Below, one piece after another: positions 34,392-44,195 of a stretch of 64,000 nt of DNA (the stretch's first letter is position 1; every line of letters starts with the position of its first letter). This DNA comes from Acidimicrobiaceae bacterium. Lineage in GTDB: Bacteria; Actinomycetota; Acidimicrobiia; Acidimicrobiales; Aldehydirespiratoraceae. The stretch lies in assembly GCA_009845995.1 (NCBI GenBank), contig VXYK01000039.1, positions 2,640-66,639 on the forward strand, written 5' to 3'. The notes below the pieces were generated by a model. That model was not told the DNA's origin, did not search any database, and saw only the letters and a list, made by a program, of their open reading frames with translations. Both the position numbers and the translations under genes were made by a program.

Positions 34392-35057
34392 TCATTTCCG
34401 CGCTTCTTGGCGCAGGGACTCGATGGCGGGGCGGCGGTGACAACCCTCAAGATGATCGTTCACAATGCCGGCCGCTTGCATCAGGGCGTAGCAGGTGGTG
34501 GGTCCCACAAAGCGCCAGCCCTGCTTCTTGAGCGCTTTGCTCATCGCGGTTGACTCAGCGGTTGTCGCCATGGCTGACACGGTGGCGTGATCGATCCGCG
34601 CCGGGCGGACCACAGAATCCGGCTCGAAACTCCAAAAAAACGCGGCCAGGCTGCCGTGCGTCTGCACAGTGTCCAAGGCCGCGCGGGCGTTGTTGATCGT
34701 CGCTTCGATCTTTCCCCGATGGCGGACGATGCCTGCATCGCCGAGCAGTCGATCCACATCGGACGCACCAAAGCGGGCCACCTGCTCGAAGTCGAAGCCA
34801 CAGAAAGCGGCTCGGAAGTTCTCTCGTTTGCGGAGGATCGTCAACCAGGAAAGACCCGACTGGAAGCCTTCGAGGCACATCTTCTCGTACAGCCGCACAT
34901 CGTCTGTGACCGGTACACCCCACTCCTGGTCGTGGTATGCCGAGTAGTCGTCGTGCCCCTCCCCCCACCAGCAAGCCAAGGTCGCATCGACCCGCCGCAG
35001 TAGACCGGCAGGAGCTCCGCCATCGGAGTCATCGGTGCCATTGGCGTCATCGGCCAC
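34392..35057 (-). CDS. tag: DNA-3-methyladenine glycosylase I
   Basis: CWWGEGHDDYSAYHDQEWGVPVTDDVRLYEKMCLEGFQSGLSWLTILRKRENFRAAFCGFD ... is the Tag signature. GTG start 22 nt after the AAA+ gene stop. Confidence 0.85.
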   Translation of the reverse strand: MADDANGTDDSDGGAPAGLLRRVDATLACWWGEGHDDYSAYHDQEWGVPVTDDVRLYEKMCLEGFQSGLSWLTILRKRENFRAAFCGFDFEQVARFGASDVDRLLGDAGIVRHRGKIEATINNARAALDTVQTHGSLAAFFWSFEPDSVVRPARIDHATVSAMATTAESTAMSKALKKQGWRFVGPTTCYALMQAAGIVNDHLEGCHRRPAIESLRQEARK

Positions 35058-35079
35058 AACCGAACTCCCGCCGAATCGC

Positions 35080-36504
35080 TCAACCGCGGCTGCGGAATTG
35101 GGATTTGGCGCCCTGACCGTCTTTGTTGAGCCGCTTCAGCAGGTGAAGACCCTCGAGGATCAACTCAGTAGCACTGGCCACCAGCGCTGGAGATTCAGCT
35201 TGATCCTCATCAGACAACAGCGCCTGCACCGGGGGAACAAGAGCCGGAATCTGCTCCAGCATCGCCGTATATGCCTCGTCGGTGACATCTTCCCCCGTGT
35301 CGACTACGAGGTCCCCCTCAAACGCCTCGACCACACCAAGATGCGTGTCAGGCGGCACTCGCTCTTTGAACACCGCGAGCACCGCGGCGCGCACCAGATT
35401 GTGAAGAATCTCGCCATCGCGCCCCTCATCGAGAGTTTCCATCTCGACTTTCCCCGAAGTCGACGCGGGGAGCGCTTCAAGATCGACTATGCGCGGCACT
35501 ACGTGACTGCCACCGGCACGCAAGGTGCGCCGCACCGCGTTGGCCACCATGATCTCCTCGTTGGCGATCGAGAGCCGCACTGACACACCTGAACGTTGCG
35601 AGATGTGCTGGCTGGCCCGGGCCGCGTGAGTCAGGGTCGCCACGATCTCACTCATGAACGACGGGACCGATACCTCGATATCGGTGGCGAAGGCAACATC
35701 GGCCTCTTGTTCAACGATCGCCATCTCAGTGTCGACATCGAGGGGGTAGTGGGTGCGAATCTGAGAACCGAAGCGATCCTTCAGCGGGGTGATGATCCGG
35801 CCTCGATTCGTGTAATCCTCCGGATTCGCTGAGGCAACGAGCACCACGTCAAGGGGAAGCCTGACCTTGTGACCGCGGATCTGTACGTCCCTCTCTTCCA
35901 GCACGTTGAGCAGGCCAACTTGAATGCGCTCGGCTAGGTCGGGCAGCTCGTTCATCGCGAAGATCCCACGGTTGGTGCGCGGTACAAGGCCGTAGTGGAT
36001 TGTGAGTTCGTCGGAGAGATAGCGGCCCTCCGCCACCCGGATCGGATCCACCTCGCCGATGAGATCAGCGATGGAGGTGTCTGGAGTGGCCAGCTTCTCT
36101 CCTAGGCGATCATCACGGTGGACCCACGAAATAGGCGTGTCGTCGCCGTGCTCTTCGATCAGATCACGGGCATGGCGCGAGATGGGATTGTAAGGATCGT
36201 CGTTGATCTCCGATCCCGCAACGATCGGCATCCATTCGTCGAGAAGGTTGCTGAGGCCGCGAATCATGCGAGTCTTGGCCTGCCCCCGTTCCCCCAAGAA
36301 GATGATGTCGTGACCGGCAATCAGGGCATTGGAAAGCTGAGGGTTGACCGTGTTGTCATAGCCGATCACCTCGCTGAACAGCGGGTCGCCGCTGCGTATG
36401 CGCTTGACGGTGTTGTTTCGCAGTTCTTGACGGACAGGGATCGACTCCCATCCGCTCTTACGAAGCGCCCCCAGGGTCTCGGGTCTCGTCTCTGGTCTCG
36501 ACAT
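35080..36504 (-). CDS. AAA+ ATPase of the ChlI/MoxR-like ('magnesium chelatase-like') type
   Basis: Walker A FLGERGQAKT, Walker B and sensor region GIFAMNELPDLAERIQVGLLNVLEERDVQIRGHKV, and VLVASANPEDYTNRGRIITPLKDRF. Confidence 0.8.
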   Translation of the reverse strand: MSRPETRPETLGALRKSGWESIPVRQELRNNTVKRIRSGDPLFSEVIGYDNTVNPQLSNALIAGHDIIFLGERGQAKTRMIRGLSNLLDEWMPIVAGSEINDDPYNPISRHARDLIEEHGDDTPISWVHRDDRLGEKLATPDTSIADLIGEVDPIRVAEGRYLSDELTIHYGLVPRTNRGIFAMNELPDLAERIQVGLLNVLEERDVQIRGHKVRLPLDVVLVASANPEDYTNRGRIITPLKDRFGSQIRTHYPLDVDTEMAIVEQEADVAFATDIEVSVPSFMSEIVATLTHAARASQHISQRSGVSVRLSIANEEIMVANAVRRTLRAGGSHVVPRIVDLEALPASTSGKVEMETLDEGRDGEILHNLVRAAVLAVFKERVPPDTHLGVVEAFEGDLVVDTGEDVTDEAYTAMLEQIPALVPPVQALLSDEDQAESPALVASATELILEGLHLLKRLNKDGQGAKSQFRSRG

Positions 36505-36587
36505 GTCGGGGACACTACACGGGCGACAACCCAGACAAACAGTCGTGCAGGCTGAGCCTTCAGAGACTCAACGGTACGCTCGACAAG

Positions 36588-38720
36588 ATGGAACTGACCG
36601 GCCAGTGGCGTGCAACCACCGCCAACGACGAGATGCGCCGGACGTTTCACCAACCCGAACTAGATGATCGTGCCTGGTCAGAGATCACAGTTCCCGGGCA
36701 CTGGTCAAGCCACCCAGAGTTTGCCGAGGCCCACGCGGTGCTGCATCGAACCCGCTTTGTACTCAAAGTGCCCGACGTTGATCGTCGCTGTTGGTTATGG
36801 CTCGACGGAGTCTGTCAACAAGGCGATGTCTGGCTCAACGGCCGTTACGTCGGCACCACAGACGGTTACTTCATTTCTCACGGTTTCGACATCACCGAGC
36901 ACCTCGAGGACCGCAGTGACCACCTGCTGGCCGTAGACGTGACTTGTGCTCCGGACAAGGGCGCCGCTGCGCGCACATCTCTGCTGGGCGCCCTTATCGA
37001 CCCAGAACTCTCCGGGACTGCCGGGGAGAACCCCGGTGGCATCTGGCACCCCGTGCGCATCCGTGAAACCGGGAGCACCGCAATCCTGTTCTCGCGCACC
37101 GTGTGTCTGGACGCCGACCCGACCAGCGCTACTCTCGCTCTGCGTTGCGTGTTCGACACGCCAGACGCTGGGCCCGTGGTGTTGCGAACCAGAGTCTGCG
37201 GCCACGAGCACGAACTCGAGCATCCCGCGGCCGCGGGCGAGAACCGGGTCGAGTGGACGGTCGACGTGCCCGAACCAGAATTGTGGTGGCCTCACTCGTT
37301 GGGCGATCAGCCGCTGCATGACCTGCGTTGCGAGGTGGTTGTCGACGGCGAGGTCTCTGACTCATTCGAGACCCGCGTCGGGTTTCGTTCGGTACGCATG
37401 CGCAACTGGATTCTGCATGTCAACGGCGAACGCCTATTCGTCAAGGGCATCGGCATGCTTCCGACATCGGCCCGACCCGGCGACGCCAGCGCTGCGGAGG
37501 TAGCCGAGGACGTGCTCGCAGCCAAACGTGCGGGTCTCAACATGATCCGCGTGATCAGCCACATTGCCCGACCCGAGGTTTATGAAACCGCAGATGAGAT
37601 CGGCATGCTTCTTTGGCAGGACTTTCCGCTCAGGGGCCAGATGGCACGGGGTGTTCGTCCACAGGCGACACGTCAGGCCCGAGAGGCGGTGGATCTTTTG
37701 GGGCATCACCCGTCGGTGACCGTTTGGTGCGCCCACGATGAGCCCTTCAAGAAGTCAGAGACACCCGCACCAACACCACCGCTGATCGGCCAGCAGACCC
37801 CCTCATGGAACCGCACCGTCCTGGACCGCTCGGTACGCAGGGTGTTGAACCGCACCGATGGTTCCCGTCCGGTGGTGGCGCACACCGCCGTACCGCCGAC
37901 GTTTCCCGACTTCGACGGCACAACCAGTCATCTCTGGTTCGGCTGGCATCATGGCAGAGCCGCGGATCTCGCCGCTGCGGCGGCCCGGATCCCGCGAATG
38001 GCCAGGTTCGTGACGGCCTTCGGCGCCGCCACCGTTGAACGACAGAACCCGCATCTCGACCTCGACAATCCCGATGGTCCTCAGTGGCCAACGCTTGACT
38101 GGGCCGAGATAGCCGCGTCGATCGGCGCTCCCAGCGAATCACTGTTGCACCTGGTCGCGCCTGAACGTGCACGTGATGCCGAGGACTGGGCGAGGATGAC
38201 GGGCGTCGCGCAAGCCGAAGTTATCAAGACCTCGATCGAGTTGTTGCGCCGACTCAAATACCGCCCGACCGGTGGTTTCTCGCTGTTCTATCTGGCTGAT
38301 GCGTCAGAAGCGGGCGGTTTCGGAGTGCTCGACCGCCAGCGACGAGCCAAGCCTGGCTGGCAGGCACTGCTCGATGCTTGTCGCCCCGTAATCGTCGTTG
38401 CGGATCCCCTGCGCCCTCTGCTGTCGCCCGGTGAGGAGATCGACCTCGCGGTGCATGTCGTGTCTGATGAGCGCACCTCCATCGACGAGGCACAGGTGCA
38501 GGCGACAGTTCGGGCCAACATCACCGGTGGCGGCTCTGCGATCGTTTCAGAGCAGCGCTGGGGCGGGACGATTCCTGCAGACGACTGTTCGCTCATCGGC
38601 AGGGTGAACGCAATCGTTCCTGGTGTCGCCAACGAACTTGTGGTCAGTCTCAAGCTGACTGCCGAACAGTTGACCGTCACCAATGACTACCGGACCCCGG
38701 TCCACAGCCTGGCCGTGTAA
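36588..38720 (+). CDS. Glycoside hydrolase family 2-like (beta-mannosidase/galactosidase type)
   Basis: N-terminal sugar-binding pattern W.EITVPGHW, LWLDGV...DVWLNGRYVG, and a catalytic-region-like GHHPSVTVWCAHDEP. Confidence 0.65.
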   Translation: MELTGQWRATTANDEMRRTFHQPELDDRAWSEITVPGHWSSHPEFAEAHAVLHRTRFVLKVPDVDRRCWLWLDGVCQQGDVWLNGRYVGTTDGYFISHGFDITEHLEDRSDHLLAVDVTCAPDKGAAARTSLLGALIDPELSGTAGENPGGIWHPVRIRETGSTAILFSRTVCLDADPTSATLALRCVFDTPDAGPVVLRTRVCGHEHELEHPAAAGENRVEWTVDVPEPELWWPHSLGDQPLHDLRCEVVVDGEVSDSFETRVGFRSVRMRNWILHVNGERLFVKGIGMLPTSARPGDASAAEVAEDVLAAKRAGLNMIRVISHIARPEVYETADEIGMLLWQDFPLRGQMARGVRPQATRQAREAVDLLGHHPSVTVWCAHDEPFKKSETPAPTPPLIGQQTPSWNRTVLDRSVRRVLNRTDGSRPVVAHTAVPPTFPDFDGTTSHLWFGWHHGRAADLAAAAARIPRMARFVTAFGAATVERQNPHLDLDNPDGPQWPTLDWAEIAASIGAPSESLLHLVAPERARDAEDWARMTGVAQAEVIKTSIELLRRLKYRPTGGFSLFYLADASEAGGFGVLDRQRRAKPGWQALLDACRPVIVVADPLRPLLSPGEEIDLAVHVVSDERTSIDEAQVQATVRANITGGGSAIVSEQRWGGTIPADDCSLIGRVNAIVPGVANELVVSLKLTAEQLTVTNDYRTPVHSLAV

Positions 38721-38725
38721 AGATC

Positions 38726-39739
38726 ATGGACATCGTCCTTGAAGCGGAGATCAGCCCGCAGATGAGCACCGCGTCCACAGTGCGGCTGGCTCAAATGGTC
38801 GAAGACACGGGCTTCGCCCGGCTCGGCATTTCCGATGTGGTGTATTGGCCCGACTCATTCATGGTCCAAGCTCTCTGCGCTCAGGCCACGAACCGCATCG
38901 CCGTGGGGGCCATGGTGACGAACCCCTACACCCGTCACCCGGTTGTGTTGGCGGGAGCATTGGCAACGCTCGACGATCTTGCTGGTGGTCGGGCATTCTG
39001 CGGGCTGGGTGTGGGGGCCGGTTTGGAGCCGCTGGGTATCGACTACCCGAAACCGGTGGCCGCGCTGCGCCGAACCGTGACCGAGATCCGTACCCTGTTG
39101 AACGGCGAGGAGGCTGGTGGTGAACGCCTGATCCGTCCGCCCACGCATCCGATCCCGATCTCCATCGGCACACGCAGCCCTCAAGTGATGCGCTTGGCCG
39201 GGGAGGTAGCCGACATCGCCCTAGTCGGCGGGCGTTATCTTTCGGCGGAGTTGGCCGCACAATACCGATCCTGGCTGGCAGACGGCGCGGGCCGTGTGGG
39301 GCGCGCGCTTGAGGACTTGGAGGTAGCGCCTCGCTTGACTCTGTGCTGCTCGCCCGACGGCGATCTGGCGCGGCGCAGCGTCAAACGCTACGTGGCTCAC
39401 TACCTCACCCTGATTCGCCCTGCCGAACTGGCGGTTGAACCTGAACGCATGACCGCCATTGAGAGTGCTCTGGCGCGGAGTCAGGGTTGGTACTTCGACC
39501 ACAACCGGACCGACGACGAAGCCCTCGACCATCTCATCGACAACCGTCTGGTGGAGGCTTTCACCATCGTCGGCACCCCCGACGAGTGCGCGCAGCAGCT
39601 TGAATCCGTTCTCGACATGGGCTTCACCAGCGTCAGCCTCAACCTCGCCGCTACGGCCCGCTCCACCGCCACCGAGGGTCTGGCCGAAACCATCACGTCC
39701 TTCTCCCCCGTGGTCGCATCGCTCACGGCCTCTTCATAA
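38726..39739 (+). CDS. LLM-class (luciferase-like) flavin/F420-dependent oxidoreductase
   Basis: GFARLGISDVVYWPDSFMVQALCAQATNRIAVGAMVTNPYTRHPVVLAGALATLDDLAGGRAFCGLGVG. Confidence 0.75.
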   Translation: MDIVLEAEISPQMSTASTVRLAQMVEDTGFARLGISDVVYWPDSFMVQALCAQATNRIAVGAMVTNPYTRHPVVLAGALATLDDLAGGRAFCGLGVGAGLEPLGIDYPKPVAALRRTVTEIRTLLNGEEAGGERLIRPPTHPIPISIGTRSPQVMRLAGEVADIALVGGRYLSAELAAQYRSWLADGAGRVGRALEDLEVAPRLTLCCSPDGDLARRSVKRYVAHYLTLIRPAELAVEPERMTAIESALARSQGWYFDHNRTDDEALDHLIDNRLVEAFTIVGTPDECAQQLESVLDMGFTSVSLNLAATARSTATEGLAETITSFSPVVASLTASS

Positions 39740-39745
39740 GCCAGC

Positions 39746-39755
39746 CACCCAAGCC
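39746..39755. repeat. Left copy of the 10-bp direct repeat CACCCAAGCC bracketing the dnd island
   Basis: Read directly 7 nt after the LLM gene stop. An identical 10-mer occurs at 54567-54576, just upstream of sdhC. Confidence 0.3.
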
Positions 39756-39894
39756 CCTTTTAGCCAGGGAGCAGACCGATTCAGCCACCGGATTTACGGT
39801 GTTCAGCGTTCTTGCTACCGTATGTCGTGGACTATCAAGGCGTCGAGCGTGGTTATCGCCACGACCAGTCCATTTGCCGGAGGAAATCGCTTCG

Positions 39895-41958
39895 ATGACA
39901 GTGGAAACTCCTGGGACGGTTGAGATAGAAAACACGAGCGACGGAGTTTCTGAAGCGCGAAATCCCTCGGACTCAATGCGGGCCGATGTCGAGGATGCTC
40001 GCCAAGTCCTTCGGCAAGGCAGCGGAAACGGGGCCAGAAGTAAATCTGCTCGTACCCCCACTGAAAGTGCTCACAAGCAGACGGACTCTGATAATTCCAC
40101 CGCGACATTGGGGCCTCTACCTAAAGCGGGTCCTAGATCCATCACGCCCGTCTGGGGACTCAAGCTCGTAGATCACTACAGTTGGATTGCTGATGTCGCC
40201 GACGAGCCAATAGATCTAGCAGTGTTTGACGCGAGGTCGAGAACAGCGTTTAGACGCGGACATATTCGAACTTGGGGAGAATTGGGGGGACAGACGAATG
40301 ATTCGCTCCACACGATTCCGGGCATAGGCGATCTCACAGTTCGTCGCATCAACCAAGTGCTCACAGCGCATGGCCCCGTCGTGCAAGAGCGATTGGCTAT
40401 CGACGCGATGCAACGTCAGACCGTTTCCAAGCGCGAGCACGGCTCCGCTCCACCCAACTTCAACCTGCGGATTGCCATCGAATGGGCAAGTGCTCACACA
40501 GATGACCAGACACTAGCTGGACTTCTGAGGGTCTACGACCGAGGAGTTGAGATCCCAGCGAACGTAGCCGACGAGATGGAGACACTACTCGCCACCCCAC
40601 TATCACGACTAACAGATCACGAAGTACCCCAGCTCGGCGAGTTAATCGAAGAGTTGCTATCGCAGGCAAAGGATCCAGAGTTGCTTGCGTCGCGTGAGTT
40701 CTCGCAGGTACGACCCACTTTGGCGGAGCTGGGTCGTGATCAAGGCGTTTCCCGGGAACGGGTACGACAGAAGGTAGCTAAGGATGCAAAACACTTACGC
40801 AAACTTCTTGTATGCGAACGATTCCAGACTGTTCGATGGGCTGTCGGGAGATTGCAAGCGGAGTTTGGGGTCGCGATCCCGACCGATAGCGAACCCGTGA
40901 AACGATGGGAAACAAGACTTGGTGACCGCCAATCCAAAGCCCTGCGGTGGCTTGCAGGCTATGTCTACGACGGCAATTGGATTTACCGAGGCAAAGGCGG
41001 ACGATCGCATCTTGCCAGGATGCTTGGCAATCTTGTTGGAGATGAGTGGTTAATCAGTACCGAGGATTTGCTCGGCGGCCTAGACCCATCGGTGAACCCG
41101 AGTGCCGCAATTGGCTTCTTCTCGGAGTCCGGCCGGTGGCGAGACATCGGGGATGGGTGGTTCGTCCGGTGGGATGGTCCAATTCAAGCGAAAGCTGAGC
41201 GGGTTCTCCGGTTGACATGTCGGCCTATGGCGCCTGACGACCTAATTGAAGCGATCGGTCATGGCTCGGCCACAAGCCTGAAGAATCAATACAAACCTAG
41301 TTTGGTTCGCGTTGACAAGCAGTTTCGTCTGGCGCTCCGAGAATGGGGATACGAGGAGTACGAAGGGATCACAACCGAGATTGAGCAGAGGATTGACCGA
41401 GGCGGGGGCATCGCATCTGTGTCAGCGATGATCGAAGAGTTCGTCTCTGACTTCGGCGTCAAAGAGGGATCGGTTCGAGCATATCTGGAGGTCGGTCCCT
41501 ACCTCATCTCGGGCGACGAGGTACGCCGTCTTGCCAACCGCGGTTACACACCAAGCAGTGTTTCGGGGCGGCAGCATGCCATACCGATCAGAGAGAAGTG
41601 GGGCCAGCGCTTCACCGTGTCCGATACCAACCTGAAAGGGTATTCTTTTGGCCTGGACCGAGACATCGCCGCCCACAACGGGCTTCAGCCGGACGACTCC
41701 CTAGTTGTTCCTGCCACGCATTCGGGTTCTATCGTTGGAGAGGCTTCGCTCATCTGGAGGCTAACCAATATCAGCGGGACAGTAGATGTGGGCCGGCTCA
41801 GCAGCGTTCTCAAAGAACTGGGGATAGACGCAGGCGAGGAAATCGTCATTGTTGCCACACCTGAGTCGTGCGCCGTGTTGCGCGACAGCGAGACGCCCCA
41901 GCAGGGGCGCTCAGCTATAAGCGCAGACATACGGCGGTCCCTTCTCGGGCGTGATTGA
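39895..41958 (+). CDS. Large DNA-binding protein with an RNAP alpha-CTD-like HhH and a sigma-70 region-4-like HTH
   Basis: ARSRTAFRRGHIRTWGELGGQTNDSLHTIPGIGDLTVRRINQVL (alpha-CTD-like) and TLAELGRDQGVSRERVRQKVAKDAKHLRKLL (close to the sigma region 4.2 consensus). The C-terminal roughly 330 aa are unassigned. Start taken at ATG 39895. Confidence 0.6.
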   Translation: MTVETPGTVEIENTSDGVSEARNPSDSMRADVEDARQVLRQGSGNGARSKSARTPTESAHKQTDSDNSTATLGPLPKAGPRSITPVWGLKLVDHYSWIADVADEPIDLAVFDARSRTAFRRGHIRTWGELGGQTNDSLHTIPGIGDLTVRRINQVLTAHGPVVQERLAIDAMQRQTVSKREHGSAPPNFNLRIAIEWASAHTDDQTLAGLLRVYDRGVEIPANVADEMETLLATPLSRLTDHEVPQLGELIEELLSQAKDPELLASREFSQVRPTLAELGRDQGVSRERVRQKVAKDAKHLRKLLVCERFQTVRWAVGRLQAEFGVAIPTDSEPVKRWETRLGDRQSKALRWLAGYVYDGNWIYRGKGGRSHLARMLGNLVGDEWLISTEDLLGGLDPSVNPSAAIGFFSESGRWRDIGDGWFVRWDGPIQAKAERVLRLTCRPMAPDDLIEAIGHGSATSLKNQYKPSLVRVDKQFRLALREWGYEEYEGITTEIEQRIDRGGGIASVSAMIEEFVSDFGVKEGSVRAYLEVGPYLISGDEVRRLANRGYTPSSVSGRQHAIPIREKWGQRFTVSDTNLKGYSFGLDRDIAAHNGLQPDDSLVVPATHSGSIVGEASLIWRLTNISGTVDVGRLSSVLKELGIDAGEEIVIVATPESCAVLRDSETPQQGRSAISADIRRSLLGRD

Positions 41959-44194
41959 GGGACTTGTGCCAGGGTTGCGCGAAATCGAGTGGCAAACTAC
42001 CTACTCGACAGACAAGGACGACCTCGTCGCCGCGTTCTACCAGCCTTGCCTAGAACGCTCAACGGCCTATTGGCGAGCCGTCGGCTACTTCTCCAGCAAA
42101 GTCCTGGCTCTGATTTCACCCGCAATCGAACGGTTCTACGCCCAGAACGGCGCGATGCGGATTGTGGCCTCGCCTGCTTTATCTGAGGCAGACAGGGCGG
42201 CGATTCGGAATGCCTACAAGAAGCGGGCTGAAGGCGAGCAGTTACAGGAAGATGAAACAGTAATAGCCTGCCTTCGCCGGTATCTCGATCCCAGCCGATT
42301 GGAGTCCGGTGAGGAGCGGCTTCGCCTCCAATTGCTTTCCGGCATGATTCGGGACGGGCTTCTCGATCTCCGAATCGCAGTCCGATCGCACGACAACGGC
42401 GATGTGGGCCTTTACCACGAGAAAATCGGTGTCTTCGTTGATGCGCACGGGGACTATGTGACGTTCAACGGCTCACCTAATGAAACGTGGAACGGCTGGG
42501 TCCTCAATGCCGAGAGTTTCGCGCTTCATAGGTCTTGGGGCCCCGAAGCCGGACATGCCCACAACGAGCGGTTGCTCTTTCAGCAAACATGGGAGGAGCA
42601 GCGCCCCGGAGTCTCGCTATTCCAGCTCAACGACGCGGTCACCTCGGCGCTGTTTGAACGGTTCCCCCCTCTCGACCCCGATGACGTAAGGCGTAAAGGT
42701 GTGTCCTCGTTTCGGCTCCCTAAGCGCTCCTCGGAGGAAGAACCAGATCTCGGCTTGTCCTACCCCGAGTTCCTTGCGGACGGTTTACGCGACTACCAGC
42801 AGAAGTGCGTCGAAGACTGGTTCAAGGCCGGCTGCCGGGGGACATTCGCCCTTGCCACGGGTACCGGCAAGACAGTGATCGCACTGACTGCCGCCCGCCA
42901 GTTCGCTGAAGAACATGCCCGGAACGGGGAATCGACACTCGTACTGATAGTCGTCCCAACCAAGGACTTAGCCGGACAATGGCAGCGCAACGCCAGACAG
43001 TTCAATTTCCCTACCACCACTTGCAACAGCGATAGCCCCGGCTGGCCCGACAAATTGAAGATCGCCATCTCAGGGTTGCAAGGCTCGGAACCGGGAGTCT
43101 GGTGCGCCATCGTCACGGCGGACACAATGACCGGAGAGAGGTGGAAAACCCTGTCCGCGGGTATCGACAACCTAGATGGAAACCTGCTTGTCGTTGGGGA
43201 CGAGATGCATTCCCTAGGGACACAGCGGAGACTTCGCTGCTTGCCTGGTCGCGATCGTCCTACTGTCGGCAAGGTCGGACTGTCCGCCACCCCGCGGCGA
43301 CACAACGACGAGCACGGCACAGAGGAGCTGCTTGACTATTTCGGCGAAGTCCTCGCCAGCATCGACATCGCTGAGGCCATTCGGCTCGGTGCCCTCACTC
43401 CGTATACATATAACCCCGTCATTGCGCACCTGAGTGGCGACGAACAGGAGATGTTCGAGAGCCTCAGCCGAGAGATCGGAAAGGCCTGGCAGTCAAGCGC
43501 AGGAGATGACGAAAAGTTCTACCGCATTGCCGGACGATATCTGAGTGAACGCACCAAGTTGCTGAGCCACGCCGAGGAGAAAACGCAGAAAGGTCTAGAG
43601 CTCGTTAAGGCGGGACGGGCGAACAACTATCAGATCCTCTACACAGGCGAGGGAGCCCACCCGTTGACCGGAGTGGTTCAGATCAACCACTTTGTGGCGG
43701 AGTTTCGCAAGGCAGGGATGTCGGCCAACAAGTACGACTACCAGACCAGCCCCGACCAGCGCCAGATGAACCTCGACATGTTCCGGGGCGGCGAACTCGA
43801 CGTGCTAGTTGCAATGAAATGCCTCGACGAAGGAATCGACATCCCCGAAGCGCGGCGCGGTGTCATCTTGGCGAGCACACAGAACCCACGGCAGTTCGTC
43901 CAGCGCCGTGGCCGGCTCCTTCGAACGGCACTAGGCAAGAAAAGCGCCGAGCTGGTAGACGTGCTTTGCCTCCCCACCAGGCCACTTGACCGGGCAAGCG
44001 AGGCGTACATCTCCGAACGTAACCTCGTGTCTCGCGAGCTGACTAGGGCGCTGGAACTAGCGGAGGCCGCGACCAACGGCAAGTATGCTCCGCCCGTTGC
44101 GCTGACAGAGATCATCGCCGCCTACGATCTCTTTGAGTTGACAGAGAACTACGGAAACCGAACTGATTGGATGCCAACAGCGGAATTGGAATGA
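41951..44194 (+). CDS. PLD-family (HKD) nuclease domain fused to an SF2 (type III Res-like) helicase; probable PT-linked restriction component
   Basis: HKD motif GLYHEKIGVFVDAHGDYVTFNGSPNET. Helicase motifs ATGTGKT (I), VVGDEMHS (II), SATPRR (III) and QFVQRRGRLLR (VI). GTG start overlaps the upstream stop by 8 nt. Confidence 0.85.
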   Translation: MIEGLVPGLREIEWQTTYSTDKDDLVAAFYQPCLERSTAYWRAVGYFSSKVLALISPAIERFYAQNGAMRIVASPALSEADRAAIRNAYKKRAEGEQLQEDETVIACLRRYLDPSRLESGEERLRLQLLSGMIRDGLLDLRIAVRSHDNGDVGLYHEKIGVFVDAHGDYVTFNGSPNETWNGWVLNAESFALHRSWGPEAGHAHNERLLFQQTWEEQRPGVSLFQLNDAVTSALFERFPPLDPDDVRRKGVSSFRLPKRSSEEEPDLGLSYPEFLADGLRDYQQKCVEDWFKAGCRGTFALATGTGKTVIALTAARQFAEEHARNGESTLVLIVVPTKDLAGQWQRNARQFNFPTTTCNSDSPGWPDKLKIAISGLQGSEPGVWCAIVTADTMTGERWKTLSAGIDNLDGNLLVVGDEMHSLGTQRRLRCLPGRDRPTVGKVGLSATPRRHNDEHGTEELLDYFGEVLASIDIAEAIRLGALTPYTYNPVIAHLSGDEQEMFESLSREIGKAWQSSAGDDEKFYRIAGRYLSERTKLLSHAEEKTQKGLELVKAGRANNYQILYTGEGAHPLTGVVQINHFVAEFRKAGMSANKYDYQTSPDQRQMNLDMFRGGELDVLVAMKCLDEGIDIPEARRGVILASTQNPRQFVQRRGRLLRTALGKKSAELVDVLCLPTRPLDRASEAYISERNLVSRELTRALELAEAATNGKYAPPVALTEIIAAYDLFELTENYGNRTDWMPTAELE

Positions 44195-44195
44195 A

